Assembly (NCBI GenBank): GCA_014905635.1
Contig: JABVCE010000022.1
Coordinates: 620,001 to 684,000, forward strand
Direction: 5' to 3'
DNA: 64,000 nucleotides
Source of the DNA: Scenedesmus sp. PABB004
Lineage: Eukaryota
Below, piece by piece: positions 55,201 through 64,000 of the stretch; the stretch's first letter is position 1; every line of letters starts with the position of its first letter. Below the pieces are notes generated by a model, which ran no database searches, was not told the DNA's origin, and was given only the letters and a program-made list of their open reading frames with translations. Both the position numbers and the translations under genes were made by a program.

Positions 55201-57714
55201 GCCGCGCAGCGTCGTCGCGGGGCAGCGCCGGCGCATGCTGAACGAGGCGCAGACGACGGGCATGCTGCGCTTTGCGGGGCTGCGCCCCGACGAGCGCGGG
55301 GCGTACCTCACGCAGGTCATCTCGCGCGACGACCTCGGCGGCTTCAACAGCGGTGAGCCACCGCGCCCCCCGCCCGCCCGCCGCGCCGCGCGGCCGGCCG
55401 CGCCGTGGGGCACGCCGCGCTCACGCCGCTGCCGCCGTGCCGCGCGCGCGCGCGCGCCAGACCCCGCGGTGCGCGCGTTTGGCATCCAGGTCGAGACGGC
55501 GATGAAGACGGTGCAGGCGCGCGTGCTCAACCCGCCCCTGCTCGCGTACGGCAAGCCCGAGGCGCTCACGCCCGGCACGCGGGTGCGCCGCGCCGCCGCC
55601 TGTGTGCGGCCGCCTCGCCACCCGCGCTGCTGCGCGCGCCGCTCGCGCCGCCGCCCTCGCCGCCGCCCGCGCCGCCCGGGTCGCCGCCCGCGCCGCCGCT
55701 CCGCCGACGCCGCCCCGCGCCGCTGCGTGCGGCAGGGGTCGTGGAACCTGCGCGAGGTGCGCTTCCCTGCGGGCGTGGTCATCAGCAGCTGGGCGTTCTG
55801 CAGCCTTGTCGACCCGCAGTACCTCGTGCCGGACGGCGAGACGGGGACGCAGACCTTCCTGCGCGACCTCGTGCGCATGTGCAACAGCACCGGCGTCGAG
55901 TGCCCGCCGCCGGCTATGGGCCCCTGGATCCCGCGCGCCGACCCCGAGAGCCTCATCCGCGCCGCCGCCGAGGCCGCGACGGCGCACTTTGGCAGCAAGT
56001 GCGGCGCGGCGCGGCGCGGCGCGCGCGCGGCGGGGCGCCGACGCCCGCGCGGCGCGCGGCGGGGCGCCGACGCCCGCGCGGCGCGCGGCGCGGCCGGCGC
56101 GCAGGTGCCAGATGGTGCTGGTGCTGCTTGAGCGCAAGCAGACGAGCGGGTCGAGCCCCTACGCGTTTGTGAAGCAGGCGGGCGACAGCGTGATGGGCCT
56201 GCGCACACAGTGCTTTGCCGCCGACAAGGCGGGCGTGGGCCGCAACGCGCGCCCCCCGCGCGGGCGCCAGCAGTACTGCGCCAACCTCGCCATGAAGGCG
56301 CGCGCGCGCGCGCCGCGGGGGCAGGGGCGCTGCGGGCACCGGGGGCGGCGCGCGCGGCAGCAGACGGCTGCTGCGCCTGGCGCTCACCGCGCGCGCATGC
56401 GGGGCGCGCCGCCCGCCGCCAGATCAACACCAAGATGGGCGGCGTCAACGTCAAGCTCGTCGACGACCCCGCCGCCGTGAGCGCCCGCGCCCCGCTCGCA
56501 CGCGCCGGGCAGCGCGCGCCGCGCGCCGCCGCGCGCCTCCGCGCCTCCGCTCCGCCGCGCGCCCACGCCCCGCGCGCGCCGCCGCGGCCGCGCGCCGCAG
56601 CCCAAGGCGGTGCCCGTGGTGGGCACTGTGCCGTTCATGATCTTTGGCGCCGACGTGACGCACCCGACCTCGTTCAACCCCGACGACCCCTCCATCGCCG
56701 CCGTGTGCGCGAGCTACGACCGCACGCTCGGGCGCTACATGAGCCGCGTGCTGCGCCAGGCGCGGCCGCGCCGCCGCGCGCGCCCCGCGCGCGCCGCCCG
56801 GCCCGCCGCGCGCCGCCCGCCCGGCCCGCCCCGCGCGCGCCCGGCGCTCCTCCCCCGAGCGCCGCCCGCCCCGCCCCGCCCCGTGCTTTGCAGGGCCACC
56901 GGCAGGAGGTGATCGGCGCGCTGAAGGACGTCGTCGCCGACATGCTCAAGGAGTTTCACCGCCGCAACCGGGGCCACAAGCCCGAGGCGATCATCTACTA
57001 CCGCGACGGCGTCGCCGACAGCCAGTTCCCGGCCGTGCTGGAGCACGAGTACACCGCGTTCCGCCAGGCGCGCCCGCACGCGCAGCCGCGCGCGCAGCCA
57101 CGCGCGCGCGCGCGCGCGGCCGCGCTGCGCACGACGCACGCGCAACGCGCGCGCCCGCGCCGCTCGGCCGCGCCGCGCCCGCGCCGCTGACCGCCCCCCG
57201 CCGCGCCCGCGCCCCATGCGCGCAGGCGTGCTACAGCCTGGAGGAGGGCTACTGCCCGCCCATCACGTTTGTGGTGGTGCAGAAGCGCCACAACACGCGG
57301 CTCTTCCCCGCCGACCGCGCGGGCGCGGACAACAGCGGCAACTGCCTGCCCGGCACGGTCGTGGACAGCGGCATCTGCCACCCCACGCAGTTTGACTTTT
57401 ACCTCAACAGCCACGCCGGCCTGCAGGGCCACAACAAGCCCGCGCACTACCACGTGCTGGTCGACGAGAACGGCTTCAGCGCCGACGCGCTGCAGCTCTT
57501 CACCTACTGGCAGTGCTACCTCTACTGCCGCTGCACGCGCAGCGTGAGCTACGTCCCCGCCGCCTACTACGCCCACCTCGCCGCGTTCCGCGGCCGCCTT
57601 ATGAAGCGCGAGGGCGAGGAGGGCAGCGTCGTGTCGAGCGGCAGCGGCGAGCGCGCGCTCGAGGTGCTGCCGATCCGGGACGACTACGCCAACCAGTGCA
57701 TGTTCTTCGCATGA
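52224..57714 (+). CDS. Argonaute (AGO-B) with intact DEDH tetrad and long RGG/GY N-terminus; multi-exon
   Basis: [53 protein letters not shown] (D 56652), HRQE (E 56906), YYRDGV (D 57005), [17 protein letters not shown] (H 57574) and C-terminal MFFA*. Confidence 0.96.
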
Positions 57715-58064
57715 GCGCGGCGGCGGCGCCGCGGCGGCAGCGGGATGCGTCGCGGGCGGGGCAGGGCGGGGCGGGGCGGGACGGGCCGCGCCGTGTGTGC
57801 GGCCGGCGCCCGCGCGGGGAGGGAGCAGGGGACGCACAAGCCGGAGCCCGGGGCGGGGGGACACTGACCAAGCCTGCACCACTCACGCCCCCTGGTGAGG
57901 CGAGCACTTTTTCACGCAGCACACGCAGCCTCACTCCCCACTGCCACTCCACTCCCGCCGGCCGGCGGCGGGCGCCGCGCGGCCGGGCGCCTTCAAACGC
58001 ACGCAGCGGGCGGGGACCGGGTCGGGGGGGGGGGGGGGGGTCGGGCGTACACCTAAACTAGAGT

Positions 58065-58069
58065 TGTAA
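58065..58069 (+). promoter_or_regulatory. TGTAA, candidate poly(A) signal of AGO-B
   Basis: First TGTAA seen downstream of the stop at 57714. Confidence 0.45.
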
Positions 58070-58211
58070 CGCCACCAAGTTGCGGCTCAGGCTCAGTGGC
58101 TGGTCGGCGCCCGCCCGGCAGCAGCCCCCCGGGCCCAGCCGCCCTCGCCTGCGCCGCCGGGCGGCCCTGGTGCGGGTTGACCGGGCTCCGCAGTCGCCGC
58201 GCTGTTGCCAG

Positions 58212-59664
58212 CGCACGCCGTCTTCGGCGGCGCCGAGGACGACGGCGCCGGCGCGGCGGCTGCTGGCATCAACACGGGCGACCCCGCCGCCGCTGTGGCG
58301 GAGCTGCCCGAGGACGTGGAGCAGGCCAAGGGTGCGCTGAGCGCGCACGCGCCCCGGCACCGAGCACAGCACGCGCTATGCGCGGCCAGCCGCCCCGGCC
58401 CCCGCGCCCGCACACCGCGCCCGACCCCCCGCACGCGCGCCCGGCCGCGTGCAGCCGAGGTGCTGCCTGGCAGCGACGCGGAGATCACCGACTGGATGGC
58501 CGACACGCTTGACGCCGCAGCCGGCGCCGCCGCGGAGGGCGGGGGCGGCAGTGGCGGTGGCGTTGGCGGGCTGCGGTTCATCAACTTCAACACCGCCTCG
58601 ACCTACAACCCAGGGCTGGGCTTTTTCGTCGCGCTCGACGGCGCGGCGCGGCTCGCACGCCTGCTGCCCGCGGCGGGCCTGGTGTCGCTGAGCCCGCCGG
58701 GCAGCCTCTACGCCGACACGCCGGTCGTGGACGACGTGAAGGTCACGCTCGACTTTGACCTCTCCGCGCCCCTCGCAGCGCCGGTGGGGGGTTAGGCGCC
58801 CTTCTCGCGGCGCCGCCCGCGCAGGCCCCGCCGCCGCAGCGCGCGCCGCCCCACCCCTCGCCCCCCTCGCCCCCTCGCCCCCCGGCCCCGGGCCCCCCGC
58901 GCCGCCCCGCTGCCGCTGTCAGTGCTGGCTGGACGGCTACCAGCAGTTTGCCGGCGTCCCCTACGCGCCCAGCCTGGTCGCCATCATCGACGTTCGCGCG
59001 GTGCTCCCAGGCAGCGCCAGCAGCGCGCCCGTGGGCTGGGCGTGCCTGCCCGTGTTTGAGCGCGCCGGGCGCCACGTCGCGAGCGGGACGCACCACCTGC
59101 CCCTCTTCCAGGGCGTGCCCAGCGCGCAGCTGCTCGCCGACCTGGCAGCCGGCGACCCCGACGAGGCCATGGCCGCCGCCATCCGGGTGCGCCGGCGCAG
59201 CTGCCCGCGCGCCGGGCGCCCGCGCGCGCGCGGCGCGCGCCACCCCCGCGGTGACCTCTGCCGCCGCCGCCGCCGCCGCCGCCGCTGCCGCGCGCGGCGC
59301 GCAGGCGGGGCGCGTGCGCCCGAGCCTGGAGTGCTCCAGCGTGCTGGCGCGGCTCATGTGCGGCACGCGCCAGGGGCAGCTCGAGGCGCCGGCCTGGAGC
59401 CTGCCGCTGGCGGAGCTGCGGCTGCCGCGCTACGTGGCGAGCGAGCTGGGGCCGCGCTTTGTGGGCGAGGCGCGCAAGGCCATGCGCAACAAGACCTACG
59501 CGCAGGCCAAGCCCCCGGCCCTGAGCGACGCGGCGTGGGTCGACAGCATCGCCGACACGCTCATCAAGGTCGCCGGCCTCGACGCGGCGCTGCCGGGCGG
59601 CGGCGCGGACAGCGGCGACGAGGGCGAGGGCGAGGGCGGGCGCGAGGCAGGCGGCGCGGCCTAG
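58212..59664 (+). CDS. Hypothetical protein with C2-like beta domain; 5' end unresolved
   Basis: Coding-like exons with GT-AG boundaries: YNPGLGFFVALDGA...SLSPPGSLY, WLDGYQQF...IIDVRAV...VGWACLPVF...SGTHHLPLFQG. Stop at 59664. Confidence 0.6.
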
Positions 59665-60370
59665 GCGGCACCTGCGACCGGTGACTCGGCGGCAAACGTG
59701 CGGCGGCGCCCGCGTCCCTGCGTCCGCGCTGTGCACGGCGGCTGCGGCGCCGCCTCCTCGAGCGAGCTCGCGCGGCTGCGCGTGCGACCACCGCTTGCCG
59801 TCGGGTTGGTTCGTTTACTCCGTAAACTGTGTGTTGCTAAAAACTTGACTGACGCACAGGCGCCTTTGCCTGCCTGGTATGCGCACAGGCGCTGCAAGTT
59901 CCGGGGACACACACGCTCGTCGGCCGTGGCAGGGCCGCTCGCGCTCATGCGTTGAGGGTGCGAGCCTGGGGGCCGGCCCCGTTCGCTGCTGCGCGCAGGC
60001 GCAGCAGCCGGGGCCGGCGCGCCGCCGCCCACGGGCGAGGCGGCGCGCACCGGGCAAGTGCTCAGTGCGGGCGCGCCTCTGCGCGAATCCGGATGCGGCC
60101 ACCGGGCGCGCAGGCAGCTAAGCTATGTCGTCAGCCGCGGCAGCTTGCAGTGGTGCATCCCTGCTGCGCCGCGCGGCGGCGCGCCGCCGCGCGCGCTGCA
60201 GCCAACAAGAGCCCCCGACCGCACACAAAACAGGACACGACGCGCCACCCGAGGCAGGCCGGCGGCGTGAGATGCACGCCGCGCACGCCCAGCGGGCCTC
60301 AACACGCAACCAGCAACTAAGAGTCATTCTTTGGGGGCGGGGGGCCGGCGTCGCGCCGGCGCGGCACACG

Positions 60371-61885
60371 TCACACAGCCACCGCGCTGATGTTGATGGC
60401 GGCCAGCGCGGCGCACGCGGCGGGCTTGCCGGCGCCGGCGGCCGCAGCGCTCTGCAGCTCCGGCGCGGGCGCCGCGTCGGCCGCGTCGCGCTCCTCCTGC
60501 CGCGCGTGCTTGCGCCAGCCGGCCTCCACCTGAGCGAGGCGCTGTGCGCGGCGCTCCGCCTGCAGGGCCTTGAGCTTCTCGCGCCAGTCCAGCACGAGCG
60601 GCTGCGTCCCCAGCAGCTTGCCCACCAGGCCGGCGCCGGCGCCCGCCGCGGCGGGCCTGGCCGCGGCGGCCGCGGCGGCCGCTGCCGCCGCGGCCGCCTC
60701 CTCGGCGGCCTCGCGCCGCGCGCCCGGGCGCTCGGGCCAGGTGTCGCGGCGCACCGCGCGCATCTCGGGGCTGTCCTCCAGCACCACCACGGCGGCGAGC
60801 GCGCGCCCGCCCGCCTCGGCCTCGGCGCAGCCGTCCCGCCACGTGACGCGCTTGCTGAACCTCGGGCTGCTGCCCGCCGAGCTCGCGCTCCCCGCGCGGC
60901 TGACGAGGATGCTGCGCGGCCGCCCGCTGCTGCTCGCCACGCTCAGCACGCTGCTGTTCACCGACGCCGCGCTGCACAGGCTGCTGCTGCTCGCGCTGCT
61001 CGTCAGGCTCGCGTCGCAGGGCGGCAGCCCGTCGTCGCTGCCGCAGTCGCTGCCGCCGCTGCCCACGCGCGCCAGCGGGTGCGCGAGCGGCCCGTCCGCC
61101 GCCGGCGCGCCCGCGGCGCACGGCCGCGCGGGCACGGGCGACGCCGGCGGCGGCGTGGGCGGCTTGGCCGGCGGCGGCGAGCGCGGCGACGGCGGCGCGG
61201 CCGCCGCCGCCGGCGCCTGCGCCGGCGCGCTGTGCGCCCGCGGCGCGAGTGGCGGCCGCTGCGCGCCGCCCGCGGCGGGGCGCTCGGGCGCGCGCGGCGG
61301 GCGGCGCTGCTTGTCGCCGGGGCTCGCCGCCTCCGGCGCGGCGCGCGGCGTGCCCGGCGCGCTGCCGGCGGCCGCCGCCGCGGCGCGGCGCGCGGCGGCC
61401 TCCGCGTCCGCCTGCCGCGCTGCCTGGGCCACCAGCTCCATGAGCGATAGCGGGGCGCCGCCGCCGCGGGCCTCGCCGCCGCCGGCGCGCGGCGCGCCCG
61501 CGCCGACAGTTGGGGCGCCCGCGCCTGGCGCGCCCGGCGCGCGCGGGGAGGGCATGTCCGGCGTCCCCGGCGTCGCCGGCGGGCTCTGGCCCGCCAGCGG
61601 CGCGCCTCGGGGCGGGGCACCCGGCGCGCGGGGGGATGGCCCAGCGCCTCCGCTGGCCGGTGCGGCGCCGTCTGCGCCGCTGCGCCGGCCCGATCGTTCA
61701 CCGGTCTTGGGTCGGGGCGGTGGGAGGCCAATCATGTGCGCCGGCGCCTCCTCGCGGCCGCAGTGCGAGGCCGGCCAGGCTGGCGCTGGCGCGTCCGCCT
61801 CCACGCCGCCCCGGAAGCGCCGCGGCGGCCCCGCAGAAACGACCGCCGCCTCCCAGGCCGGCCGCGCCGGCGTGCCTCGCGACAT
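60371..61885 (-). CDS. Hypothetical low-complexity protein
   Basis: 504-aa ATG-initiated ORF with protein-like islands (PRFSKRVTWRD, LVLDWREKLKALQAERRAQR). No recognisable domain. Confidence 0.5.
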   Translation of the reverse strand: MSRGTPARPAWEAAVVSAGPPRRFRGGVEADAPAPAWPASHCGREEAPAHMIGLPPPRPKTGERSGRRSGADGAAPASGGAGPSPRAPGAPPRGAPLAGQSPPATPGTPDMPSPRAPGAPGAGAPTVGAGAPRAGGGEARGGGAPLSLMELVAQAARQADAEAAARRAAAAAAGSAPGTPRAAPEAASPGDKQRRPPRAPERPAAGGAQRPPLAPRAHSAPAQAPAAAAAPPSPRSPPPAKPPTPPPASPVPARPCAAGAPAADGPLAHPLARVGSGGSDCGSDDGLPPCDASLTSSASSSSLCSAASVNSSVLSVASSSGRPRSILVSRAGSASSAGSSPRFSKRVTWRDGCAEAEAGGRALAAVVVLEDSPEMRAVRRDTWPERPGARREAAEEAAAAAAAAAAAAARPAAAGAGAGLVGKLLGTQPLVLDWREKLKALQAERRAQRLAQVEAGWRKHARQEERDAADAAPAPELQSAAAAGAGKPAACAALAAINISAVAV

Positions 61886-62344
61886 TGCCTCGGCGAGGCG
61901 TGCGCCAACGCCTAGCGGCCGGGCCCGGCGCGGGGCGTGCGGGAGCCCATGAGGGGCGGTGTGCTTGGGGGACCGTCTCTGCGGGCGCGCGGGGGCAGCG
62001 GGGCACCTGGCGACGCGCGAGGCGGTGCGCGCGCAGTCGCCTCAACCATGTCGCGACTGGCTGTCAGGCGCGAGGCGACGCCTGGCCTCGCCAAAAACTG
62101 CGCGGCCAGGGTGGCGGGGCGCGCGCAGCTGCTTGGCGCGCGGCGGCGGCCGCCGACGGCCGCGCGCGCCGGCCTCATCCACAGCCAGGCACCAGCAACC
62201 CACCACCGCCAACGCGCCGCCCCTGCCAGCGCTGCGCAGCAGCAAGCCATGCGCACCTGCCAGCCCGCCGAGCGGGGCGGCGAGCTGTGGCGCGCGCGCC
62301 CGCCTGAGCTCGCGCCGCCCCGCGCGCTGCCGCGCAGGACGCAG

Positions 62345-62422
62345 CGCGGCGCCTGGTCGCGCGAGCGGCGTGGTGGAGCTCAACCTCATCGCGGAGGACA
62401 CAAACCAGTACGGCCAGCACAG
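62345..62422 (+). pseudogene. Orphan exon fragment resembling RimO/MiaB radical-SAM methylthiotransferase
   Basis: Reads ARRLVA[+2 nt]SGVVELNLIAEDTNQYGQH, followed by AG|GTGCG. No other methylthiotransferase exon seen nearby. Confidence 0.55.
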
Positions 62423-62655
62423 GTGCGGCCGCGCGGGGCAGCCGGCTTGCTGGCCGAGGCGTCGTTGCCGCTGTGCGCGTCGGAGCACGCACCCGTGCAG
62501 GCGCGCGACGGCCGCGGCGACCGATCGGCAAGCAAGAGTTCCAGCATTGCAACAGCAACTCCGGAGCACGCCCGGCGGCGCGACGGCGCCCTGCGCGCCC
62601 ACCTGCCAGCCACGCGCGCGCCGCTCGCCCCGCTCGCGCGCCCACTCTGCCGCCC

Positions 62656-63726
62656 TCACTCCGACGTGACGTCGATGGCCGGCCCCTCGCCGGCCTGCTG
62701 CTGCCGCTGCTGTGCGCCGCGGCGCCAGCTGCCCTCGCCGGCGGCGAGGCGGCCGGGGCCGCCCGGCTGCCGGCCCGGCGCCGGCTTGCGGGCGCGAAGC
62801 TTCGCGGCCGCCACGGCCTGCCCGTCGCCCCGGGGCACGCCGGCTGCGGCCTCCGCTGCGTCGCCGGTCGGCTGCTGCGGCTTGGGGTCGGGGCTGGCCG
62901 CGTCGTCGGCGCCCGCGCGCTCGGCGCCGTGCGCGCCGTCGCCGCTGGTGGCCGCCGAGCCGCTGGCGCCGCCGTAGGGCATGAGCACCTCCTCCAGCCG
63001 CGCCGGCGGCGCACCCGCGCCACACCCCCACCCGGCGCCCGGGCTGATCAGCTGGCCCACGCTCTTGAGCGTGCCCAGGAACAGCTTGGAGCCGGCCTCG
63101 CCCGCCCCCGCCGGCGCCGGGGGCGGCGCCGCCTGCTGCGCTTGCTGCCGCTGGGGCCGCGCCGCCGTCTGCCCCGTCGCGCGCGCAAACGCCGCCTTGC
63201 CCCGCTCGACTGCGCTCCCCACGGCGCTGCCCAGCATCGCCTCCACCTGCCGCGCAACGTTCGGCCTGACGGCCTCCGCGCGCGCGCGCTGCGCCGCCTG
63301 CGCGTCGCGCCCCTGTGCCAGCGCGGCGCGCGGCGGCGCTGGCCGCGGCGCCAGCTGCTCGCCGCCGCGCGGTGCGCCCCCGCTGCTGTCGTCGCTGCCG
63401 CTGCTCAGCAGGTCGCACGTCTCCGGGGGCGGCCTGCCCGCCTGCTGTGGGCTCAGCTCCAGCTCCAGCTGGGAGCGCCCGCCCTCGCCCGCGCTGCCGC
63501 CGCCCTCGCTGGCGCTCTGCGCGGCCTCCTCCTCCAAGCAGCGCCGCGCCAGCTGCGCCTGCTCCTCCTCTGTGGGGGGCCGCGGCGCCTCGCCGGGCCG
63601 GAGCACGACGCCGCGCGCTTGCGCCGGCCGCTCCGGCCCGCCCTCGCCGCCGCGCGCCCCAGCTGCTGCGCCGCCGCCGCGCCGCCTGCCCTGGCGGCCC
63701 TGCTGCTGCTGCTGCTGCTGCTGTTG

Positions 63727-63773
<47 letters not shown>

Positions 63774-63854
63774 GCTGGCCCCGCTCGCGCTGCTCCATGT
63801 GCGCGCCCAGGACCTGCTCGAGCCCCCGCTGGGCGACGTCCTTGATCGCCGCCT
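62656..63854 (-). CDS. Terminal exon of a hypothetical poly-Q protein (gene continues beyond the window)
   Basis: Acceptor cag at ~63855, then AAIKDVAQRGLEQVLGAHMEQ, poly-Q, and an open frame to the stop at 62656. Confidence 0.55.
63701..63771. repeat. (CTG/CAG)n trinucleotide repeat encoding poly-Q
   Basis: Direct inspection. Confidence 0.9.
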
Positions 63855-64000
63855 GCCCGCCGCGAGCGGGTCAGCAGTGTCGCGCGGCGCGGCGTGAGAG
63901 GGCGGCGGCAGCAGCGCAGAGCTCGCAGCAGGCAGCCCTGCTGGCTTGGGAGCAGCCCCGCGCAGGCGTGCAGGGCAGCAAGCTGCGTGCGGCGCGGGCG

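Noticed and set aside
46888..57714. Prokaryotic Argonaute defence system
   Set aside because: Both genes have spliceosomal introns and eukaryotic N-PAZ-MID-PIWI motifs, and there is no operonic effector.

Overview
Eukaryotic nuclear DNA, extremely GC-rich (by eye roughly 75-80%) and gene-dense, with short spliceosomal introns and TGTAA poly(A) signals. This fits a chlorophyte green alga, probably Sphaeropleales-like (inference). Most six-frame ORFs are GC-driven artefacts, so genes were rebuilt by splicing exons by eye and some boundaries are approximate. Genes in order: unknown membrane protein; rhomboid protease; mitochondrial EF-Tu; ankyrin/cellulose-synthase-like GT2 fusion; small membrane protein; GT11-like glycosyltransferase; acetylornithine aminotransferase; DET2-like reductase; mTERF-like protein; DDM1; Rab18/RabC; MBOAT wax synthase; a head-to-head pair of vWA paralogs; a TPR protein; CONSTANS-like; a WRKY-like zinc finger; two tandem Argonautes; a C2-like protein; two low-complexity proteins. 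The most striking locus is the Argonaute pair. A divergent copy has lost all four slicer residues but keeps the guide 5'-phosphate pocket, is bracketed by ~265-bp inverted repeats, and shares a 151-bp identical PIWI block with the adjacent DEDH-intact copy. Other highlights: very frequent GC-AG introns, the ankyrin-CesA architecture, ~330-bp direct repeats around the Rab gene, and an orphan RimO-like exon. Single-base frameshifts in conserved genes suggest assembly indels.
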